From an uncultured bacterium (GTDB taxonomy: Bacteria > Verrucomicrobiota > Verrucomicrobiia > Verrucomicrobiales > DEV007), in contig CAXBMO010000006.1 in the NCBI GenBank assembly GCA_963977015.1, forward strand, positions 128,001-192,000: a stretch of DNA of 64,000 bases. Direction: 5' to 3'. The position numbers were made by a program, and so were the translations under genes. A model generated the notes under the pieces. The model was given only the letters and a program-made list of their open reading frames with translations, did no database searches and had not been told where the DNA came from. The first letter of the stretch is position 1, and the number at the start of each line of letters is the position of its first letter. Below, piece after piece: positions 57,921-64,000 of this stretch.

Positions 57921-60900
57921 ATGGCCGATCTTGACAGCCTTTCCTCAGTTCCAAATCTCGACGCCTCGATTTCCGTTTCAGCCGGGGAGGTTACCTTCAA
58001 TGGCTATGAAATTCTGAGCACATTGGGACGTGGCGGGATGGGCGTCGTCTATCGTGCCCGGGACCCGAAGCTGAACCGGCAAATCGCACTGAAGCTCCTG
58101 CCATCTTCGATTTTCGCGTCAGCGGGCGAGCGGGCGCGGTTTCAACAAGAGGCGAAAGCCGCAGCCGCGATCGATCACCCGAACATCATCCCGGTTTACG
58201 AAATCGGCGAAGTCGAGGGCCAACCGTTTTTGGTGATGCGGCTCATTGAGGGGAAGTCGCTTTCCGAATGCGAAGCCGAGTTCCGGGGCCATCTTCAAAA
58301 AACGGCCCAACTCATTGCCACGGTCGCCCGCGCGGTGCAGGCCGCGCATGGAAAAGGGATTTTGCATCGCGATTTGAAGCCGTCGAACATTCTCGTCGAT
58401 GCAAAAACGGGCGAGCCGCATGTTGCTGACTTCGGCATTGCCAAGATCCTCGACGAAGACGGCGCTCCTGGTCTCACCCTCACTGGCGAAGTTCTCGGCA
58501 CGCCCGAATACATGTCGCCCGAACAAGCCAATGGCGAACGTCTCAGTCAGGCCGCCGATGTTTACAGCCTGGGCGCGGTTCTCTACCAACTCCTCACCGG
58601 GAATCTACCGATTCAAGGTAAAACGGCTGCCGACACGCTCCGCAAAATCGCCGAGGAAGTGCCCAATCGGCCCCAATTTGCCGGTGGCAAGCACGATTTG
58701 GATCTGGAGGCGATCACGATGAAGTGCTTGGAGAAGAATCCAGCCCATCGCTACGACTCAGCCGCTGCCCTGGCCGATGATTTGGAGAGTTGGCTTCGGC
58801 ACGAGCCAATTCGTGCGCGGAATCTTACGCGGACTCAGCGATTGGGGCGATGGGCGCGTCGCAAGCCAGTCCACGCGACTGCGGTAGGGCTGGCCTCGGC
58901 ATTTTTGTTGACGTTAGCGATCGGCGGACCCCTGGTGGCGCTCAATCAGAAGAGGCTCACCAAGGCCGCATTGGCTGCCGAGAATAACGCGAACACGGAA
59001 CGTGGCAAAGCCGAGCGGACAGCTGCTGAGCTTCGCCGCAGTCTCTACAACGTGGAAATGCGGGTCGCGTCTCAGGCCGCGCACGAACCGGGCGGGTTGG
59101 CGATCGTCGAGAACCTGACCTCGAAATGGGCCGGCGCCGAGGATCTAATCGGCTGGGAGTGGCGCCATTTCCGAAGCCAACTCGATCAGCCTTTCGAGAT
59201 TCTGGCCACTTCGTCCCCCACCCAGAACAGCGAACTTGCCATCAGTTCCGATGGCCGGCTCTTCGCAACGAAGCTGACAGCTCGTGGGCCCGTCTCTCTG
59301 CTCGATGCGGCCACTGGCGAACGGATCCTCGATTTTCAGGTCACGTCGAATTGGAACGCCACCATTTTGGAGTTCTTTCCGGACAACGCGAAGATTCTGA
59401 TCGGAGCCCAGCATCCTCTGCATTTCGGAGTCTTTTCGGTCGAGGACGGCCGAAAGCTCCACGGAGGAAGCGGTCAGCGTGAGGCGAATGAGATGACCTT
59501 GACCCCGGACGGGAGCCTGCTCATTCAGGCGACGCGACGAAGGACCCGGATTCTCCAAGCGTCCGATGGAAAGGTTCTTGCCGATGAACCGCATGGCGCG
59601 AACCCGACGAGCCTGGCCTTGAACCCAGCCGACTCGAGCGAGTTCCTCTCCGCCGGCTGGCAGGGGACGGTGATCCACGGACGGTTTGACCCCGCGTCCA
59701 GGAGTCTGGATTTGAAGGAGTTTCCGGCGGCGGGCATCGACACGGCCGTGTGGGAAGTCGACTGGAGCCCGGACGGCGGACACGTTGCCCTGATCAACAC
59801 GCCCGACTACTCGGTTTCGGTTCTCGATGGGGAAAACTTCGAACCGGTCTGGATTTCCGGAAGTTCTTCGGCGCCGCTCCACGCCGCTTCCTACAGCGTC
59901 GACGGACGCTTTCTCGCCGTCTCGGGAGAGGACCGCGCCATCCGGATCTACGAAGCCGGCTCGGGAATCCTGGTTTCGACCCTTCGCGGTCATTCGGGAA
60001 ACGTGTATCAGATCGCCTGGCATCCTGATGGGACGAAACTTTACTCCTGCTCCCAGGATGAAACGCTTCGGGTCTGGGACGTTTCCCGGATCGGTGAAGC
60101 GCTGGCTCTCCCCAACCGGAACTTTGAAATCTATTCGCTGGTCTGGGAGCCCCAGGGGCAGGTGCTGCTCGCCTGCAACGGTCTTCATGCGAATGCCTGG
60201 AGGTTGCAGCCGGAGGTGGATGAAAAACCCGCCTTCAGTCTGGGCTATCTGAAAGGGGCTGAGGTTTCGGTGCATCCGGACGGCGACCGGGTGGCCGCCG
60301 CCACCGAAGGGCATCTGCGGATTTTCTCCATGGAGAACGGCAGGGAGTTGGGATCGTTCGATCTGCTGAAGGACAGCTTTTTCGAGAATTGGAAGAACCT
60401 ATCCCGGATACGCTGGTCTCCGGATGGCGCCTGGATTGCGTTGAGTCGCAACTACTCGAATCTGGTCTATCTGCTGCCGGAAAACCTCGGACGGCCCGGC
60501 CCGAAATTCAGCGCATTGTCCGTCTCCAAATTCGGCGCGAGCTGGTGCTGGGCGCCGGACAGCAGCGCGATCATTTCCATTCGTAACCGGACCCAGCTTT
60601 TGCGCACGCCGCTCGATGGCGAGCCCGAGCAGTTGCTGGCGAAAACGACGGACACGATTCTCGATCTCGCCTTCGATCCGAAGGGACGCTGGCTGGCGTT
60701 GACGGGTGAGAACGTGATCGAACTGCGCGATGTGGAGAATTTCGAACTTCAGAAAACGATGATTGGCCATTCGAGCAACATCCACCAGGTTGCCTGGGCG
60801 CCGGACGGGCGCAGGTTGGCGTCGCTTGAGCAAAGCGGTGTCATCGGGATCTGGGATCCGGATACGGGGGAAGCCGTGGCGATGCTGGAGAGCCCGAACG

Positions 60901-61016
60901 GTGAGCGAATCACGGCGATCGCGTGGAGTCCGGACGGTCAGACGCTCGCGGCGGGCGATGCGACCGCGGTAACGCACCTGCTGGAGGGAAATGTAAAACG
61001 AACTTCAGTTCGTTGA
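57921..61016 (+). CDS. Ser/Thr protein kinase with TM segment and WD40 repeats
   Basis: LGRGGMGVVY, ALK, HRDLKPSN, DFG, GTPEYMSPEQ; GH...W.PDG...WD repeats. Confidence 0.94.
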   Translation: MADLDSLSSVPNLDASISVSAGEVTFNGYEILSTLGRGGMGVVYRARDPKLNRQIALKLLPSSIFASAGERARFQQEAKAAAAIDHPNIIPVYEIGEVEGQPFLVMRLIEGKSLSECEAEFRGHLQKTAQLIATVARAVQAAHGKGILHRDLKPSNILVDAKTGEPHVADFGIAKILDEDGAPGLTLTGEVLGTPEYMSPEQANGERLSQAADVYSLGAVLYQLLTGNLPIQGKTAADTLRKIAEEVPNRPQFAGGKHDLDLEAITMKCLEKNPAHRYDSAAALADDLESWLRHEPIRARNLTRTQRLGRWARRKPVHATAVGLASAFLLTLAIGGPLVALNQKRLTKAALAAENNANTERGKAERTAAELRRSLYNVEMRVASQAAHEPGGLAIVENLTSKWAGAEDLIGWEWRHFRSQLDQPFEILATSSPTQNSELAISSDGRLFATKLTARGPVSLLDAATGERILDFQVTSNWNATILEFFPDNAKILIGAQHPLHFGVFSVEDGRKLHGGSGQREANEMTLTPDGSLLIQATRRRTRILQASDGKVLADEPHGANPTSLALNPADSSEFLSAGWQGTVIHGRFDPASRSLDLKEFPAAGIDTAVWEVDWSPDGGHVALINTPDYSVSVLDGENFEPVWISGSSSAPLHAASYSVDGRFLAVSGEDRAIRIYEAGSGILVSTLRGHSGNVYQIAWHPDGTKLYSCSQDETLRVWDVSRIGEALALPNRNFEIYSLVWEPQGQVLLACNGLHANAWRLQPEVDEKPAFSLGYLKGAEVSVHPDGDRVAAATEGHLRIFSMENGRELGSFDLLKDSFFENWKNLSRIRWSPDGAWIALSRNYSNLVYLLPENLGRPGPKFSALSVSKFGASWCWAPDSSAIISIRNRTQLLRTPLDGEPEQLLAKTTDTILDLAFDPKGRWLALTGENVIELRDVENFELQKTMIGHSSNIHQVAWAPDGRRLASLEQSGVIGIWDPDTGEAVAMLESPNGERITAIAWSPDGQTLAAGDATAVTHLLEGNVKRTSVR

Positions 61017-61064
61017 GTTGTTCGCCGCGCCAGTCTGTAACAAACTGAAGTTTGTTTTACGTTT

Positions 61065-63107
61065 ATGCCCGTCTTCATTCTCACCATCTTCCTCAGCGCG
61101 TTCCTGCTCTTTCAGGTCCAGCCGATCATCGCGCGTTACATCCTTCCCTGGTTCGGCGGCAGCCCGGCGGTCTGGACGACTTGCATGCTCTTCTTCCAAG
61201 TCGGCCTTCTCGTCGGCTACACCTACGCCCATCTCCTCGTTTCCAAACTCCGCGCGGAACCCAAAATCCAGATCGCCGTCCACCTCGGTCTCCTCGCGAT
61301 TTCACTCCTGCTCCTGCCGGTCACGCCGTCCGAGAGCTTCAAGCCGACCGCCGATTCCGACCCGACGCTCGGCGTCCTGAAGCTGCTGGCCGCGACCGTC
61401 GGTCTGCCTTACATCTTCATCTCCGCCTCCGGCCCGCTCCTCCAGCACTGGTTCAGCGAAGCCCTCCCCGGCAAATCACCCTACCGCCTCTACGCCGTCT
61501 CGAATTTCGGCTCGTTGCTCGGATTGCTCTCTTACCCCTTCCTCTTTCAACCCGCCTTCGGTCTGACGACCCAGACGGTCTTCTGGTCGATCGGTTACGG
61601 CGGCTACGCAGTGGCGGCCGGAGTCTGCGCCTGGCTTTTTTTGCGAAAGCGACAACTGGCGGGCCCGGGGGCCGAACGGGAAACCGCCTTGGCCAGGCCC
61701 AGCGTCCGCCATCGCTTGCTTTGGATCGCCTTCGCCGCCTGCGGATCGGTCATCCTCCTCGCCGGGACCAATCAAATGACGCAGGACGTCTCCGTCACAC
61801 CGGTTTTCTGGGTCCTGCCGCTCGCGCTTTACCTGATCACCCTCATCATCGCCTTCGATCACCCCCGCTGGTACCGGCGCGCGGTCTGGATTCCGCTCGC
61901 GATCGTTTCTGTCGCCGCGCTGGCCGCTCTGCTCAATCTCGAAGGCGAGCTGCCGGTCCACCTGACCATCCAGGTCGCGATCTTCCTCGCGACGATTTTC
62001 ACGGTCTGCATGGTCTGCCACGGCGAGATGGTAAGGCTCAAACCCGCGCCGCGATTTCTGACTTCGTTCTACCTTTCCGTCTCGCTCGGCGGCGCACTCG
62101 GTGGGGTGTTGGTGAGTCTCGTCGCTCCGGCCATCTTCAACGGCTATTTTGAACTCCACGCCGGCCTCGTCCTGACCTTGATCCTCGTCGCCGTCAATCT
62201 CGGCCCGAAACGCCGCATTCTGTCCTTCGCGTTGTTCGCCGTCCTAGTCGTGTTTCTGGGCCGACACATCTACCTGCAAATCAACGGCTCCATCGACGCG
62301 CGCCGCAATTTCTACGGCGTGCTCCGCGTTTACGAACACTACGTCGGCGAGCCCGATCACCAGAAAGAACTCTACCACGGGCGGATCGATCACGGACACC
62401 AGTTCCTGACCGATCCCTTCAACCGGATTCCGTCCAGTTACTTCGGCAAACACAGCGGTGCCGGCGTTTTCTTCCGGATGCACCCGAGCCGCGATTCACA
62501 CAGCCCCAAGCCGATGAAAATCGGCGTTCTGGGTCTTGGAATCGGCACACTGGCCAACTACGCGCAGCCGGGCGACGAAGTTCGATTCTACGAGATCAAC
62601 CCCGATGTCGAGATCCTCGCGCGGAAACATTTTTTGTATCTCGAACACTGCAAGGGCGAAGTCGAGGTCGTCCTCGGCGACGGCCGCACGGAGCTGGAGC
62701 GCGAACTGCAACGCGGCGAGCCGCAGCAGTTCGATGTTCTGTTTCTCGATGCCTTCAGCGGCGACTCGATCCCGATGCATCTGCTGACGCGGGAGGCGTT
62801 CGAGATCTACGAAAAGCACCTCAAACCCGGCGGCCACATCGTCGCGCAAATCACGAATCTACATGTGGATCTGAGCGACCCGTTGCGAGTGCTTGCGGCG
62901 GATCTCGGCAAGGAAATCATGCATATCGAAGCACCGCCGCGGGAGGCGTGGGAGTTTTATTCGCGATGGATCGTGATTGGCGATGATCGCACCGTAATCG
63001 ACCGGATTCACGCCGCGGGATACGCGACCGATTGGGAGCGAAAAGAGCCGAAACCTGTGCGCTGGACGGACGACTACAGCAATTTGCTTGAGGTGATGTA
63101 TTGGTGA
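61065..63107 (+). CDS. Fused membrane / spermidine-synthase-like SAM-binding protein
   Basis: Many TM helices (FLLFQVQP, LYAVSNFGS, CHGE), then RNFYGV, GLGIGTL, YEINP, GDGR, LDAFSGDSIP.HL, WTDD. Confidence 0.88.
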   Translation: MPVFILTIFLSAFLLFQVQPIIARYILPWFGGSPAVWTTCMLFFQVGLLVGYTYAHLLVSKLRAEPKIQIAVHLGLLAISLLLLPVTPSESFKPTADSDPTLGVLKLLAATVGLPYIFISASGPLLQHWFSEALPGKSPYRLYAVSNFGSLLGLLSYPFLFQPAFGLTTQTVFWSIGYGGYAVAAGVCAWLFLRKRQLAGPGAERETALARPSVRHRLLWIAFAACGSVILLAGTNQMTQDVSVTPVFWVLPLALYLITLIIAFDHPRWYRRAVWIPLAIVSVAALAALLNLEGELPVHLTIQVAIFLATIFTVCMVCHGEMVRLKPAPRFLTSFYLSVSLGGALGGVLVSLVAPAIFNGYFELHAGLVLTLILVAVNLGPKRRILSFALFAVLVVFLGRHIYLQINGSIDARRNFYGVLRVYEHYVGEPDHQKELYHGRIDHGHQFLTDPFNRIPSSYFGKHSGAGVFFRMHPSRDSHSPKPMKIGVLGLGIGTLANYAQPGDEVRFYEINPDVEILARKHFLYLEHCKGEVEVVLGDGRTELERELQRGEPQQFDVLFLDAFSGDSIPMHLLTREAFEIYEKHLKPGGHIVAQITNLHVDLSDPLRVLAADLGKEIMHIEAPPREAWEFYSRWIVIGDDRTVIDRIHAAGYATDWERKEPKPVRWTDDYSNLLEVMYW

Positions 63108-63215
63108 GGCGAATTCGGGAAGGCAAAAAAAACATCATCTTTTTTGTGACAGGGCCCCCTGAAAATCTGTTGCAAGGGATGCACCCGCCATTTTTGCGCG
63201 GGCAAACCTTCTCCC

Positions 63216-63503
63216 ATGCTTTCCAAAGAGTATTCCGATCTCCCCGAACCCACCACCTGGTGGCCGTCAGATGTCATTGATGCGATCTACGCCAGTCTCA
63301 CGGCGGAAGAACGCCTCATCCTCCGCGCCATTACCAATGGCGAAACAAACAGTCAGATCGCCGCTCGCCTCGGAATCGCGGAAAAGTCTGCCGAGAAGCA
63401 TATCACCCGTCTGTTCGCGAAAATCGGCGTTTCGGTGCGAACCAAGGCCGCCGTGTTTTACACGCTTTGGGCCGCAACCCACCAAGCCAGAGCAGGCACT
63501 TAA
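63216..63503 (+). CDS. Stand-alone LuxR-type HTH protein
   Basis: LTAEE..IL.....G.TNSQIA..LGI.EK....HI..LF.KIGV..R. Confidence 0.85.
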   Translation: MLSKEYSDLPEPTTWWPSDVIDAIYASLTAEERLILRAITNGETNSQIAARLGIAEKSAEKHITRLFAKIGVSVRTKAAVFYTLWAATHQARAGT

Positions 63504-63524
63504 ATTTAAACAAAGCCTAACCAA

Positions 63525-63572
63525 AATGGGGAGATTCCCCCATTGACCTTTTCTCGGATTGTCCTCCAATCT
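63525..63572 (+). promoter_or_regulatory. Inverted-repeat activator box abutting a sigma70-like promoter
   Basis: AATGGGG-AGATTC-CCCCATT (63525-63544) overlapping TTGACC (63543) with CAATCT 18 bp later. Confidence 0.6.
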
Positions 63573-63589
63573 CGCAACGGGCCGCCACC

Positions 63590-64000
63590 ATGAACACTTG
63601 CCGCAATTTTACCACCTTACTTACCTGTTTTGCGCTTCTTCAATCGCCACTCGCCGTGGCAAATCCTGCCAATGGCATCATCAAGTTCGGCGATGGCGAA
63701 ATTAACTTCGACACTGAGAACGCAGTCTTCATCCACCAGGATTCCGACAAACTCATCATCGACTGGGAATCTTTCTCCATCGATCCCGGCGAACTGACGA
63801 AATTCCTTCAGCCCAATTCCTCCTCTGCGGCTCTGAACCGCGTTTTCTCGGGCGATCCCAGCGCGATCCACGGACAATTGCAGGCCAATGGCCGCGTTCT
63901 GCTCCTTAACCCGAACGGAATCCTCGTCGGCCCCAACGGCCAAATCGACACCGCCGGCTTTGTCGCGTCCACCCTCAACCTCAGCGATTCCGACTTCCTC
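63590..64000 (+). CDS. TpsA / filamentous-haemagglutinin N-terminal domain exoprotein (3' truncated; not in ORF track)
   Basis: Manual translation: signal peptide ..LAVA|NPANG, HQDSDKLIIDWESFSI, FLQP, LNRV, GQLQANG, LNPNGI, GFVAST. Confidence 0.92.
   Translation, partial: MNTCRNFTTLLTCFALLQSPLAVANPANGIIKFGDGEINFDTENAVFIHQDSDKLIIDWESFSIDPGELTKFLQPNSSSAALNRVFSGDPSAIHGQLQANGRVLLLNPNGILVGPNGQIDTAGFVASTLNLSDSDFL

Overview
GC-rich bacterial chromosomal segment, probably Verrucomicrobiota (inference from DUF5069, ilvE-mcsA-mcsB-clpC, the ECF + kinase-WD40 pair and the ACIII arrangement). In order: the 3' end of an HSP90-like gene with a TPR-like partner, a RAYT transposase enclosed by a perfect 34-bp REP inverted pair, an AraC/NmrA/DUF1772 module, bioB, tsaE, a vWA + two-component unit, cysHCDN, ilvE-mcsA-mcsB-clpC, and an acyltransferase/glycosyltransferase/SOUL unit. 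Next comes a ~19-kb respiratory operon, then an SNF2 helicase, a TetR-controlled RND efflux system, an ECF sigma with a Ser/Thr kinase-WD40 protein, a membrane/spermidine-synthase-like fusion, and a LuxR-HTH gene before a TpsA exoprotein that runs off the edge. The most striking system is the respiratory operon. It sits behind a perfect Rex-type box and encodes alternative complex III (actA-G), a full-length CcoN homolog that has lost all six His metal ligands and the cross-linked Tyr, and intact CcoO and monoheme cytochromes. It also encodes an A1-type aa3 oxidase lacking the K-channel lysine, whose subunit III carries a ~300-aa soluble insertion. This suggests an ACIII / pseudo-cbb3 / aa3 supercomplex in which a dead oxidase serves as a scaffold. 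All calls come from motif recognition by eye; no searches were run, so novelty is unverified.
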